Counted from the first letter of the stretch, positions 18,001-32,000 are shown. The stretch: 32,000 nucleotides of DNA from Lutibacter sp. (GCA_002733665.1 NVWM01000005.1:11727-43726); one strand, 5' to 3'. The notes: generated by a model from the sequence alone, not told the origin. Program-made: numbers and translations.

Positions 18001-18152
18001 AGCGGCTCGCCACTTTTATCAACAATATTTCCACTGACGGTTACATTTTGACCAAAGGCACTGTTTGAAAATACAAACATCAAAAACATGAGTAATGCTA
18101 ATGATAAGATTCTAATTGAATACTGTTGATTCTCTAATTGTTTTGCTTTCAT
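15057..18152 (-). CDS. SusC/RagA family TonB-linked outer-membrane transporter
   Basis: 1031 aa: signal peptide, N-terminal carboxypeptidase-regulatory-like domain (VTVSGNIVDKSGEPLPGATIVVKG), TonB-box/plug region (DEVIVVGYGTQKKSDLTGAVSSV) and a C-terminal beta-barrel ending in ...GVQVNF. Confidence 0.95.
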   Translation of the reverse strand: MKAKQLENQQYSIRILSLALLMFLMFVFSNSAFGQNVTVSGNIVDKSGEPLPGATIVVKGNETKGTQTDFDGNYSIELIDTTVTLVFRFLGHISKEIEVGSQTVINIVLEGDPESLDEVIVVGYGTQKKSDLTGAVSSVKGEDIKKFATSTAADGLQGNVAGLVVRRSSGNPRAGASINIRGFRSIGGNTPLIIIDGIQGNFDLLNPDDIESIEVLKDGAAAAIYGSLSANGVVLVTTKTGSKDGKLKIDYSSYYGVDQINNTLDFANTFQYLEMAKKIEASSPGSAPTYINDTFSTNTNWMDELFGNGSIQNNNLTVSGGTSDLNFLVSAGLNKRDGILKGESRKKQQVRAKVNGTKGRVTLGANIYYVQTDDNIFGSNLNRAYQLMPIIPVRDPSKDSGFGYISDDDFNGVPDHTNPIGEDAFNDNTRKERNLVTNFSGSIDIIEGLKLTGRVGIENANVSTYDRIRPHRVSNKREVEYHYVEEYRSEYLQTNYEGFLNYDNTFGKHTIGLLAGISKQDISLNWIGASVEGKKILDDGTEVSTGFLDSAFNTLNAGSDGIRNNYGSGWETARHSIYGRVNYSYDNRYFLQGTIRRDGSSRFGASNRYGVFPSVAAGWKISSEDFFDIDAINFLKLRTSWGRLGSESNLGAYDYAVNTVSGYRYPFGTNELQSLGITFRDFPNPSLQWETTVNINVGLDFGLLDNQLTGAINYYQRNTEDMIIPAIPPNSSGFNPIFTNGGDVENKGIEVELNYKNSSKEFKYDLGLVFAHNKNELTKVNKDTDTYTGDATTLDGSPANISKLGHPIGSFWLYQTDGIFQSQAEVDAHNVNGDLIQPLAAPGDIRFKDVNGDGQLNDDDLVYSGSGIPKVTLGLNLSGSYKGFDAYVQFYGAFGQKGYNTIRQNYEANDNYRNYLVSGLNTWTPTNTDTNIPRAVLGDPNQNSSKNSDRFLEDASYLRLRNVQFGYTLPSSITDNLNIGKMRFYISLQNLLTITDYSGIDPEIGGTLNAGSDFVSYPNIKTSLFGVQVNF

Positions 18153-18250
18153 ATTAGTCTTAATATTTTTATGATTAAATCATTTTGTTAGAGTACTGTA
18201 CCTCATGCGATTACATTTTTACTTCACAAGACACAAACTAAAATTCGAGG

Positions 18251-18258
18251 CAAACTTA
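18251..18258 (-). promoter_or_regulatory. Candidate -7 box (TAAGTTTG on the minus strand) for the susC-like operon
   Basis: The plus-strand caaactta is the reverse complement of TAAGTTTG, which matches TAnnTTTG. It sits about 100 nt upstream of the susC ATG. Confidence 0.3.
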
Positions 18259-18276
18259 TTATTAATATTTTAATTT

Positions 18277-18321
18277 ATCAACCAGTACCTACCAGTTTAT
18301 CATACCAGCACCTACCAGTTT
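18277..18321. promoter_or_regulatory. Tandem 22/23-bp direct repeat (candidate operator) between the divergent PUL promoters
   Basis: atca-ACCAGTACCTACCAGTTT (18277-18298) is followed by atcat-ACCAGCACCTACCAGTTT (18299-21). The 18-nt cores differ at one base. The ACCAG pentamer occurs four times. Confidence 0.5.
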
Positions 18322-18348
18322 GTTTTACGAATTATTTTACTATATTTG
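18319..18348 (+). promoter_or_regulatory. Candidate promoter of the GntR-led operon
   Basis: TTTG (18319-18322), an 18-nt spacer, then TATATTTG (18341-18348), an exact TAnnTTTG match. The -33 element overlaps the second repeat copy. The ATG at 18353 is only 5 nt downstream, which implies a leaderless or very short-leader mRNA. Confidence 0.4.
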
Positions 18349-18352
18349 CTGC

Positions 18353-19351
18353 ATGGGTGTTATAATAATTAAAGAAAATTCTGGAGTTCCAAAATATAGA
18401 CAAATAATAAGTTCAATTGAGGAAGCTTTAGTAAGTGGTCATTTTAAAAGAGGAGATAAACTGCCGTCGATAAACAGCGTAAGAAACAGGAACAAGCTTT
18501 CGAGAGATACTGTTTTGACAGCATATAATGATTTAAAAGTAAGAGGAATTATACAATCCATTCCTGGAAAAGGTTATTATGTAGTTAGTGAGAATACAAA
18601 TGTCACTCAAAAAATTTTCATGTTATTTGATGAACTCAATGCTTTTAAGGAAGATTTATATAATTCATTTTTAAGCACTTTGGGAAAAACAATAGAGGTT
18701 GATATTTATTTTCACCATTTTAACAATGATGTTTTTAGTAAATTGATTTATGACAACATTGGGAAGTACAACTATTACGTTATCATGCCTGCTAACTTAA
18801 AAAATACTAGTATAATAATAGAAAAAATACCTCAAGATAAAGTTTATATTCTAGATCAATCTAACCCAAGCTTATCAAAATATCCCGCTATTTATCAAAA
18901 TTTTGAAAAAGATATTTTCAATTGCTTGGTAAAAGCATTACATCTTTTAAAAAAGTATAAAACTTTAATTTTACTCTTTCAAGAACAGAAGCAGCCTCCA
19001 GGAATGCTTAAAGGATTTGAATCTTTCTGCAAAATGAATAATTATAATTATGAAGTGATAGAAACATTAGAGAATAGAACTCCAAAAAAAGGTGAAGTTT
19101 ATTTAATTCCAGATGATAGAAATTTAATTCTAATTATAAAAAAAATTAAAATAAACTCTTTATTACTTGCTAAAAATATTGGTATTATTTCATACAATGA
19201 TACACCATTGAAAGAAATTGTTGAAGGTGGTATTACAACAATTTCAACAGATTTTAATAAAATGGGGGAACAATTAGCGCACATGATAATGAATAAAGAA
19301 CAATTACAAAAAGAAAACGCTAATGCTCTAATAATAAGAAACTCTCTTTAA
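18353..19351 (+). CDS. GntR-family HTH regulator with a LacI/PBP1-type sugar-binding domain (AraR-like architecture)
   Basis: The N-terminal GntR wHTH is PKYRQIISSIEEALVSGHFKRGDKLPSINSVRNRNKLSRDTVLTAYNDLKVRGIIQSIPGKGYYV, and the C-terminal ~250 aa are periplasmic-binding-protein-like. I chose the start at ATG 18353; the track's 18320 is a TTG inside the promoter. Confidence 0.85.
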   Translation: MGVIIIKENSGVPKYRQIISSIEEALVSGHFKRGDKLPSINSVRNRNKLSRDTVLTAYNDLKVRGIIQSIPGKGYYVVSENTNVTQKIFMLFDELNAFKEDLYNSFLSTLGKTIEVDIYFHHFNNDVFSKLIYDNIGKYNYYVIMPANLKNTSIIIEKIPQDKVYILDQSNPSLSKYPAIYQNFEKDIFNCLVKALHLLKKYKTLILLFQEQKQPPGMLKGFESFCKMNNYNYEVIETLENRTPKKGEVYLIPDDRNLILIIKKIKINSLLLAKNIGIISYNDTPLKEIVEGGITTISTDFNKMGEQLAHMIMNKEQLQKENANALIIRNSL

Positions 19352-19375
19352 CATTAACTATTAAAAATTCAAAAA

Positions 19376-20272
19376 TTGTTTAAAATCGAACATATAAAAA
19401 GTGATACTAAAGAGTTAAATTATGTAAAACTTAGCAACTCTGACAATAGTTCTTATGCGAAAATATCTTTAAATTTAGGAGGGAGTTTACAGGCTCTAAA
19501 TTTAAATCAAAAATCAATAATTAAAGATAATAATACTTTAAGTTATAATGATTCTTATGCATCTGCAATTTTATTCCCTTTTACAAATAGAATTCAAAAC
19601 GGAACATATACTTTCCAAAATAAAGAATATGTATTAGACCTTAATTTGAAAGAAGAAAACAACGCTCTTCATGGTCTTGTTTACAACAAAGAGTTTACGA
19701 TAGTTAAAGAACAAGAAGAAGCGAATTACGCCTCTGTTACTCTCGAATTTAATGAAACACAAAACACAAAAGGGTTTCCATTTAAATATTCTATACTTAT
19801 AACTTATAAATTAATTTTTGACGCTATTAATATTGAAGTTGTTGTAAAAAATATTGATAGAAAATCATTTCCATTTAATATTGGTTGGCACCCCTATTTT
19901 TGGAGTAGGAATTTACATGATAGTTTTTTAACTATAAAAAGTGACAAAAAAATAGTTTTTGATAAAGAAATGATTCCCATAAAAATCGAAAACATTTCAG
20001 CCCCAAAAATTATCCAGATTAAGAATAAAACATTCGATGATTGCTATATTCTTAACAACAATTCAGTATCATTTAAAACTCCAGAATACAATATTCTTAT
20101 TAACTCATCTAGTGATGAAAACTATTTACAGGTTTATACACCAAGTATAAAAAATAACATTGCTATTGAACCAAAAACTGGACCTGCCAATAGTTTTAAT
20201 AACAAACTTGGCTTACAAGTATTAAATCCCAATGAAATTTACAATATAAACTGGAAAATAAAATTAATTTAA
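19376..20272 (+). CDS. Aldose 1-epimerase (galactose mutarotase-like) family protein, no signal peptide
   Basis: 298 aa with family motifs NALHGLVYNKEF, GWHPYF and IAIEPKTGP (catalytic His/Glu positions). It has a TTG start, the only in-frame start before the conserved region, so the start is uncertain. Confidence 0.75.
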   Translation: MFKIEHIKSDTKELNYVKLSNSDNSSYAKISLNLGGSLQALNLNQKSIIKDNNTLSYNDSYASAILFPFTNRIQNGTYTFQNKEYVLDLNLKEENNALHGLVYNKEFTIVKEQEEANYASVTLEFNETQNTKGFPFKYSILITYKLIFDAINIEVVVKNIDRKSFPFNIGWHPYFWSRNLHDSFLTIKSDKKIVFDKEMIPIKIENISAPKIIQIKNKTFDDCYILNNNSVSFKTPEYNILINSSSDENYLQVYTPSIKNNIAIEPKTGPANSFNNKLGLQVLNPNEIYNINWKIKLI

Positions 20273-20273
20273 G

Positions 20274-22256
20274 ATGACTAAATTATTCTCATATTTATGT
20301 GTTTTAGTTTTGCTCACGCAAAGTTGTAAACAAAAAGAGCAACAAACTCAAAATTTTGACTACTTAAAATTTAGCGAAAACATTTTAAATTATCAAATAA
20401 CTCCAACAAAGAAGTTTGATAAATCTGGATTAATGTTTTCTGATCAAGGAGCTTGGTTTGCATATAGTTTCCCAGATACAATTAGTACAATTGGATTTTC
20501 AGGTCCTTTTTTAATGACCCAGCAAAATGGTATTTGGAGTAGTAAAAATCTTTCTTATCTCGATGTGAAAAATCAAAATTGGAAATCTCATACTACAACA
20601 AGTTATAATAGCCATTTAGAACAAGTTTTTACTTCAAATAACATTCAACTCACTCAAAAATTAGTGTTTGGCTCTGGACATACAGCATATATTCAATCTG
20701 AAATAAAAAACACATCTAATTCAACTATTTCAATAGAATATCAATGGAAAAACAATCCTATTTTAGCAGACAGTTTGAAACTTTCAGCTTCTGAAAATCA
20801 ATTAAAAATTACTTCTTCAAAATCTGATGCTATAGGATATTTACAGTTCCCTAATAGTCTAGAAAGTTGTAAAAACAATCAATACCACACTCAATTAATA
20901 AAATTAGATTTAGCAAAACAAGAAGCAGTTCAACTTACGACTTCCCAAACCTTTATTTTTCCAGAATACGATTGGAAAGAAGAGCAGGAACAAATATCGA
21001 TTTCTAATTTTGATTCTATTTTACTAACTCGAAAACAAGAAAAAAATTCACAAATCAAGTCTCTTATTAAAAATAGAAAGCCACAATTTCAAGATAGTAT
21101 GTATGCTCAAGTTTTAGCAAAAGCACATTTAACACTACAAAACAATTGGCGTATTCCTGCTGGAGAAATAAAACATGAAGGCTTATTTCCAAGTTATCAC
21201 TATAGATGGTTCAACGGTTTTTGGTCTTGGGATTCTTGGAAACACGCAGTAGGATTATCTTATTACAATACTGAATTGGCAAAAAAACAGGTGAAATTAA
21301 TGTTTGAGTTTCAAAACGAAGATGGTTTCGTTGCAGATTGTGTGTATAGAGATACCTTAATTGAGAACCATAACTATCGCGATACAAAACCACCACTTTC
21401 GGCTTGGGCAGTAGCTAAAATTTATAAAAAAGACAAAGATCTTGAGTTTGTAAAATACATGTATCCGAAGTTGAAAAAATATCATGAATGGTGGTATGTT
21501 AAACGTGATCACGACAAAGATGGACTCTGTGAATATGGCTCTACTGACGGAAGTTTAGTTGCAGCAAAATGGGAAAGCGGTATGGACAACGCCATACGGT
21601 TTGACAATTCTAAAATATTAAAAAACGGAGAAGGGGCATATTCATTAGATCAAGAAAGTGTTGATTTAAACGCTTATCTGTATGCCGAAAAATTATACTT
21701 AATTCAAATAGCAATGTTACTGCAAAAAAGTACTGATGCAGAGAAATTAACAAATCAAGTAACAAAATTAAAAGAGAAAATTCAATCACAATTTTATGAC
21801 GAAATTGACGGTTGGTTTTATGACACTACACTTGACGGAAAAAGTTTTATAAAAGGAGAAGGTAGTGAAGCATGGACTGCTCTTTGGGCAAATACTGCAA
21901 CTCAAAAACAAGCAGAATCCGTTAAAAATAAAATGATGAATTCTCAAAAATTCTTCACTAAAGTACCTTTTCAAACAATGAGTGCTGACCATGAAAAATT
22001 TGATCCATTAAAAGGCTATTGGAGAGGTCCAAATTGGCTAGATCAAGCCTATTTTGGAGTAAAAGGATTACGTAATTACGGTTTCAATGTGGAAGCAGAC
22101 AAAGCAACAATTCAAATATTAAAAGGTGCTGAAGGGATATTAGGTAAAGGAAAGTCCATAAGAGAAAATTACCATCCGTTAACTGGAGAAGGTTTACATG
22201 CGCAAAATTTTAGTTGGAGTGCGGCACATATTATCATGTTATTACAAGAAGATTGA
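20274..22256 (+). CDS. GH63-like / trehalase-like (alpha/alpha)6-barrel glycoside hydrolase (YgjK/MGH-type), lipoprotein
   Basis: 660 aa with lipoprotein signal LVLLTQSC|KQ. Six-hairpin glycosidase motifs: FNGFWSWDSWKHA, DGLCEYG, WESGMDNAIRFD, GYWRGPNWLDQAYF, ENYHPLTGEG...FSWSAAH. It starts 1 nt after the epimerase stop. Confidence 0.8.
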   Translation: MTKLFSYLCVLVLLTQSCKQKEQQTQNFDYLKFSENILNYQITPTKKFDKSGLMFSDQGAWFAYSFPDTISTIGFSGPFLMTQQNGIWSSKNLSYLDVKNQNWKSHTTTSYNSHLEQVFTSNNIQLTQKLVFGSGHTAYIQSEIKNTSNSTISIEYQWKNNPILADSLKLSASENQLKITSSKSDAIGYLQFPNSLESCKNNQYHTQLIKLDLAKQEAVQLTTSQTFIFPEYDWKEEQEQISISNFDSILLTRKQEKNSQIKSLIKNRKPQFQDSMYAQVLAKAHLTLQNNWRIPAGEIKHEGLFPSYHYRWFNGFWSWDSWKHAVGLSYYNTELAKKQVKLMFEFQNEDGFVADCVYRDTLIENHNYRDTKPPLSAWAVAKIYKKDKDLEFVKYMYPKLKKYHEWWYVKRDHDKDGLCEYGSTDGSLVAAKWESGMDNAIRFDNSKILKNGEGAYSLDQESVDLNAYLYAEKLYLIQIAMLLQKSTDAEKLTNQVTKLKEKIQSQFYDEIDGWFYDTTLDGKSFIKGEGSEAWTALWANTATQKQAESVKNKMMNSQKFFTKVPFQTMSADHEKFDPLKGYWRGPNWLDQAYFGVKGLRNYGFNVEADKATIQILKGAEGILGKGKSIRENYHPLTGEGLHAQNFSWSAAHIIMLLQED

Positions 22257-22257
22257 A

Positions 22258-28403
<6,146 letters not shown>

Positions 28404-28405
28404 TC

Positions 28406-29992
28406 ATGCAAATTCTAGCGTTTTTATTATTTACCATTACAGTTGCCGTTATATCTTATTTTGCAACTAGAAAAACTGACGAAAATTCTTCCGACGGATA
28501 CTTTCTTGGCGGACGAAGTCTAACAGGAGTAGTAATTGCAGGTTCTTTATTACTTACCAATCTTTCTACTGAACAAATTGTTGGTTTAAATGGTGCCGCA
28601 TTTAAAGAAGGAATTTTAGTAATGGCTTGGGAAACATTAGCCGCAATTGCAATGGTTATAACAGCAGTTGTTTTATTACCTCGTTACTTAAAAGGAGGAA
28701 TTACAACTGTACCTCAATTTCTAGAAACCCGTTTTGACAAAATGACTAAGACCATTACATCTGGATTGTTTTTATCTGGGTATGTAATTGTATTATTACC
28801 AATAGTATTGTATTCTGGAGCGTTGGCTTTGAACAGCATGTTTAATGTTCCTGAATTATTAAACGTAAGCAAAACTACAGCACTTTGGATTACCGTTTGG
28901 GGAATTGGAATTATTGGGTCTATCTATGCCATTTTTGGAGGTTTAAAAGCTGTTGCTGTTTCTGATACTATCAATGCGGTCGGATTATTAATTGGAGGAT
29001 TGATGATTCCTGTATTTGGTCTTCTTATAATAGGTGATGGTGATATTTTTAATGGTGTTTCTCTATTGATGGAAAAAGCACCAGAAAAATTCAATGTAAT
29101 TGGAGGTGAAAAATCTTCAATTCCGTTTGGAACCATTTTTACAGGTATGATGTTAGTGCAGCTATTTTATTGGGGAACCAATCAAGCGATTATCCAAAGA
29201 GCTTTAGGTGCTAAAAATTTAAAAGAAGGACAAAAAGGATTAATTTATGCGGCTTTTATTAAAATATTGGGTCCATTAATTGTTGTACTACCTGGAATAA
29301 TTGCTTTTTATTTTTTCGGTGAAACTTTAGAAAATCCAGATGAAGCATATCCTGAGTTAGTAAAAAAAGTGTTGCCTCCTAGTCTTGTTGGGTTCTTTGC
29401 AGCAGTATTATTCGGCGCAATTTTATCTTCTTTTAATTCCGCATTAAACTCTTCTGTAACCTTATTTGGGTTGGATATTTACAAATCGCATTTTAATAAA
29501 AATGCTAGTGAAAAAACAGTAGTAAAAGCAGGAAAATCATTTGGTATTCTACTCGCAGTGCTATCAATGTGTATTGCTCCATTAATCGCCAATGCTCCTG
29601 ACGGATTATTTGGATATTTACAAGAAATTAACGGATGCTACTCTATTCCCATTTTAACAATTATTGTGGTAGGTTATTTTACTAAATACGTACCAGCAAT
29701 AGCAGCTAAAATTGCTATGTTCTCTGGAGTTATTCTATACAGTATTTCTCAATTTATCTTAAAACCATTTGTATTTGGTGCTGAAGAATATCCTCACTTT
29801 TTACACGTAATGGCCATTCTTTTTGTGTTAAACATTATTATTATGTTAATCATAGGTAAACTAAAACCTCGTTCAACAGCTTTCGAATTGCCTTACACAA
29901 AACAAGTTGACATAAAGCCTTGGCGTTATTTACGCATCACGGGAATTGTTGTTTGCGTTATTGTTCTATTTAGTTATATCTATTTTAGTTAA
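28406..29992 (+). CDS. Sodium:solute symporter (SSS/SGLT family) inner-membrane transporter
   Basis: 528 aa and polytopic. The SSS patterns are GYFLGGRSL near the N-terminus and YWGTNQAIIQRALGAKNLKEGQKG. It starts 2 nt after the GH2 stop. Confidence 0.9.
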   Translation: MQILAFLLFTITVAVISYFATRKTDENSSDGYFLGGRSLTGVVIAGSLLLTNLSTEQIVGLNGAAFKEGILVMAWETLAAIAMVITAVVLLPRYLKGGITTVPQFLETRFDKMTKTITSGLFLSGYVIVLLPIVLYSGALALNSMFNVPELLNVSKTTALWITVWGIGIIGSIYAIFGGLKAVAVSDTINAVGLLIGGLMIPVFGLLIIGDGDIFNGVSLLMEKAPEKFNVIGGEKSSIPFGTIFTGMMLVQLFYWGTNQAIIQRALGAKNLKEGQKGLIYAAFIKILGPLIVVLPGIIAFYFFGETLENPDEAYPELVKKVLPPSLVGFFAAVLFGAILSSFNSALNSSVTLFGLDIYKSHFNKNASEKTVVKAGKSFGILLAVLSMCIAPLIANAPDGLFGYLQEINGCYSIPILTIIVVGYFTKYVPAIAAKIAMFSGVILYSISQFILKPFVFGAEEYPHFLHVMAILFVLNIIIMLIIGKLKPRSTAFELPYTKQVDIKPWRYLRITGIVVCVIVLFSYIYFS

Positions 29993-30036
29993 TCTGTGAT
30001 TTCAAATATGAATTGTTTTTAGCAAAACAAAAAGAA

Positions 30037-30906
30037 TTAATAATCGAGTTCCAATTTGTAGCCCACACCATGTATGTTGGTTAATTTAATAGAGTCATCC
30101 TCTTTTAATTTTTTACGCAGCTTAGATATAAATGTGTCTAAACTACGTCCTACAATCACTCCATTGTCTTCCCAAACTCTTTTAATCAATTCATCGCGTT
30201 TTATTATTTCGTTCGGCTTTTCAATAAATATTGTTAGCAATTCACATTCTTTTCTAGACAATCCTATTTCGTGTGCGGCTTTTACCAATTTGTTTTGCTC
30301 TGGATAAAATTTAAAACTTCCAATCGCAAGGAACTTCCCTCCTACTTTTTGAGAGGTTTTTGGTTTTGGCTTTTTGGTTTTTATCAATTGTAATAAAAAC
30401 AGCAATAACACTAACAATAAAGCAAAAAGAAACAATTGGTTATAAAAGGTGTTTGCTTTCACTTCTAAAAATGAAACTTCAATTACATAGTTGTTTTCTG
30501 GCAAATGCCTTCCAGAACAAGGAATAATTGTGTTTTCTTCATTGGAGTTCATTTCATAACTATAAGCTACTTCTCCACCACTTTTTTGAAGTACAGAAAC
30601 ACGATACTGCTCAGGCAATTGTGCTTTATCAAAACTTTCTTTAACAATAGCAACCAAATGATTTGGCAAGAATGAGAGTTCGTTTTCAAAAGAAAGTATG
30701 TATTTAGATTTCGAAAGTGCTTTAATTGGTAATACTACTGTTGTACTATCATTATTGGAAAGCAACAATTGATGACCAACTTCTCGTAAAGAAACTTTTA
30801 CATGCTCAGAAAAATCTTCATTCTTTTTATCAGACATAGAAAAAAACCATCCTAAGAATAAAAAGATAATAATGGTTGTGTAAATATAAATCGTTTTTTT
30901 GCTCAT
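30037..30906 (-). CDS. Membrane-tethered one-component regulator: TM - extracytoplasmic domain - TM - C-terminal OmpR/PhoB-type winged helix
   Basis: The C-terminus LSRKECELLTIFIEKPNEIIKRDELIKRVWEDNGVIVGRSLDTFISKLRKKLKEDDSIKLTNIHGVGYKLE is a Trans_reg_C-type wHTH. There are two hydrophobic helices (IYIYTTIIIFLFLGWFF; LFLFALLLVLLLFLLQLI) and no receiver domain. The start is either ATG 30906 (MSKKT...) or ATG 30924. Confidence 0.8.
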   Translation of the reverse strand: MSKKTIYIYTTIIIFLFLGWFFSMSDKKNEDFSEHVKVSLREVGHQLLLSNNDSTTVVLPIKALSKSKYILSFENELSFLPNHLVAIVKESFDKAQLPEQYRVSVLQKSGGEVAYSYEMNSNEENTIIPCSGRHLPENNYVIEVSFLEVKANTFYNQLFLFALLLVLLLFLLQLIKTKKPKPKTSQKVGGKFLAIGSFKFYPEQNKLVKAAHEIGLSRKECELLTIFIEKPNEIIKRDELIKRVWEDNGVIVGRSLDTFISKLRKKLKEDDSIKLTNIHGVGYKLELDY

Positions 30907-30949
30907 ATTGAATGTAAATAACATACAATTTTATGACTTTTTACAATTG

Positions 30950-30981
30950 TTGACACTTCTTTTACATTTTTTTGACACTTC
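30950..30981. promoter_or_regulatory. Direct repeat TTGACACTTC x2 with 22-bp period (candidate wHTH binding site)
   Basis: Identical 10-mers at 30950-30959 and 30972-30981, plus a related tgac-tttttaca box at 30934-30945. All lie in the 105-123 bp divergent intergenic region between the regulator and the 31030 gene. Confidence 0.45.
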
Positions 30982-31029
30982 AACACTGCATCTATACTAG
31001 TTTTACTGAAACTTTTAAAACAACAGATT

Positions 31030-31554
31030 ATGAACAAATTAATTATCTTAGTATTATTGTTATTTACTACTTCAAGTAGTATAGACCCAAACAAGATTGA
31101 AAACAACGTAGAAACTTCTGGAATTTATATTGAAGATGCTCAATACAACATACATATTGATGTTGAAACTACAACTGAAAACAAACTCAACTTAGTTGTA
31201 AAAATGGAACTGAAAAACGGCTCCCATTTTGCATCTCCACACAATACAAGAAATTTAAAAGAACAATTTTATATGGATTTAGGAAGTTATACTGATATTG
31301 ACTTTGTAGATGCGCATATAGAAACTCCAAAGCCTAAAAGTGGTTGTGGTTCTAGTGCTTATAGTGACACAAAGGTAAATTGGATAAAAACAAACACAAC
31401 CTATAGACAGCCATTACATGTAATCTCAAAAGGAGATTTTCAAGTTTTTGGAAGAATTAAATTTGTAATAGAGCCAAGATGTACTCTAGAAGAATTACCT
31501 TTTGCAATCATTTCAAAAAACGGGGAATTTAAAGTAACACAACCTAAATGCTAA
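31030..31554 (+). CDS. Secreted hypothetical protein
   Basis: 174 aa with the N-terminal signal-like MNKLIILVLLLFTTSSS. I recognise no family; coding is supported by ORF length and context only. Confidence 0.6.
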   Translation: MNKLIILVLLLFTTSSSIDPNKIENNVETSGIYIEDAQYNIHIDVETTTENKLNLVVKMELKNGSHFASPHNTRNLKEQFYMDLGSYTDIDFVDAHIETPKPKSGCGSSAYSDTKVNWIKTNTTYRQPLHVISKGDFQVFGRIKFVIEPRCTLEELPFAIISKNGEFKVTQPKC

Positions 31555-31569
31555 TAAAATTATAACTCT

Positions 31570-32000
31570 ATGAAAAAATTACTCTTTATTATTTTGCTAT
31601 TTTTTACTGCTTTTGTTGTTGGACAGGAAGTAGAAAAAGAAAATTTGATACAATTAGACAGCACTTGGGGGAAAGAAATGTTTCCTTTTCCAATTCGTTT
31701 TGCAAAGAACATAAATTATGAAGGAGTTGCAGAAGTACGATTTCCACCAAAAGGTTGGCGAACAATAGGCCATGATTTTTTTTGGACTTATACTTACGCG
31801 TGGAGTATAGATATTGACAGAGAAATTACCGCAACCGAATTAACCTCTAATTTAGAAAAATACTTTGATGGTTTAAATAATGTTACTGAAACTAATAATG
31901 TAGATCAAAAAGCAACTGCAACAATTAGTAAAACCAAAAGAAAGAAAAGAACTACTTTTTTTAAAGGCTCGGTAGATACTTACGATCATTTTGCGACCAA
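31570..32000 (+). CDS. Secreted hypothetical protein, 5' part (continues beyond the window)
   Basis: The ATG at 31570 is followed by 143 codons with no stop up to the window edge. The signal-like N-terminus is MKKLLFIILLFFTAFVVGQ. It is absent from the ORF track because it is open-ended. Confidence 0.6.
   Translation, partial: MKKLLFIILLFFTAFVVGQEVEKENLIQLDSTWGKEMFPFPIRFAKNINYEGVAEVRFPPKGWRTIGHDFFWTYTYAWSIDIDREITATELTSNLEKYFDGLNNVTETNNVDQKATATISKTKRKKRTTFFKGSVDTYDHFAT

Noticed and set aside
18320-18352. TTG-initiated N-terminal extensions in the ORF track (18320 for the GntR regulator, 13456 for the FG-GAP protein, 4149 for DUF2461)
   Set aside because: In each case an in-frame ATG a few codons downstream gives a canonical N-terminus: a GntR HTH start, a lipoprotein signal peptide, or the conserved DUF2461 start. 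The 18320 TTG also lies inside the predicted promoter.
20274-22256. Calling the (alpha/alpha)6 glycosidase a trehalase (GH37) outright
   Set aside because: The ESGMDN-type and C-terminal motifs are shared by the GH37, GH63 and MGH-like clans, so I cannot separate them by eye. Size, lipoprotein export and PUL context fit a YgjK/GH63-like exo-alpha-glucosidase better, so I left it as GH63-like pending a dbCAN/HMM assignment.
22198-22257. 20-codon N-terminal extension of the tri-domain fusion ORF
   Set aside because: It would overlap the GH63-like gene by 59 nt. The ATG at 22258 sits 1 nt after the upstream stop, matching the tight coupling seen at every other junction in the operon.
30903-31106. 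67-aa minus-strand ORF spanning the regulator/secreted-protein intergenic region
   Set aside because: It overlaps the start of the 31030 gene on the opposite strand and the direct-repeat promoter region, and has no recognisable features. It is most likely spurious.

Overview
Visibly AT-rich chromosomal window with Bacteroidota (Flavobacteriia-like) hallmarks: a SusC/SusD pair, many lipoprotein signal peptides, and TTTG/TAnnTTTG-type promoter boxes. The left third (1-7.3 kb) holds assorted housekeeping genes: the 3' end of typA/bipA, a MarR regulator, a CAP-domain lipoprotein, DUF2461, DoxX, an RluA-family pseudouridine synthase, a DEAD-box-like protein with domain 1 only, a ThiE-family protein and a cold-shock protein. 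The rest is accessory catabolic content. (i) At 7.9-9.9 kb, an ornithine-cyclodeaminase-family gene overlaps a Cys/Thr-type proline-racemase-family gene; I read the pair as trans-3-hydroxy-L-proline dehydratase plus pyrroline-2-carboxylate reductase. (ii) At 10.1-30 kb there is a polysaccharide-utilisation-type locus. SusC, SusD and an FG-GAP/ASPIC lipoprotein lie on the minus strand, divergent from a tightly packed plus-strand operon. That operon encodes a GntR/AraR-like regulator, an aldose 1-epimerase, a GH63-like glycosidase, a 1009-aa tri-domain fusion (APH-type kinase, M23 metallopeptidase, class-III PLP enzyme of the AGXT2L phospho-lyase type), a GH2 beta-galactosidase and a sodium:solute symporter. 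My main hypothesis is that this locus imports and dismantles collagen-type glucosyl-galactosyl-hydroxylysine glycopeptides. This is inference from domain chemistry and gene context, not shown by the sequence alone. (iii) At 30-32 kb there is a membrane-tethered winged-helix regulator with a direct-repeat site in its divergent promoter, followed by two secreted proteins of unknown function. Non-coding observations: a recurrent hairpin with a conserved CCCCACA loop and covarying stems (4 copies, 1.66-3.26 kb); a repeat-rich, terminator-ended non-coding stretch at 2.14-2.58 kb; long perfect palindromes near marR; and a 23-bp tandem repeat between the divergent PUL promoters. I saw no rRNA/tRNA, CRISPR array, transposase, integrase or recognisable defence genes.
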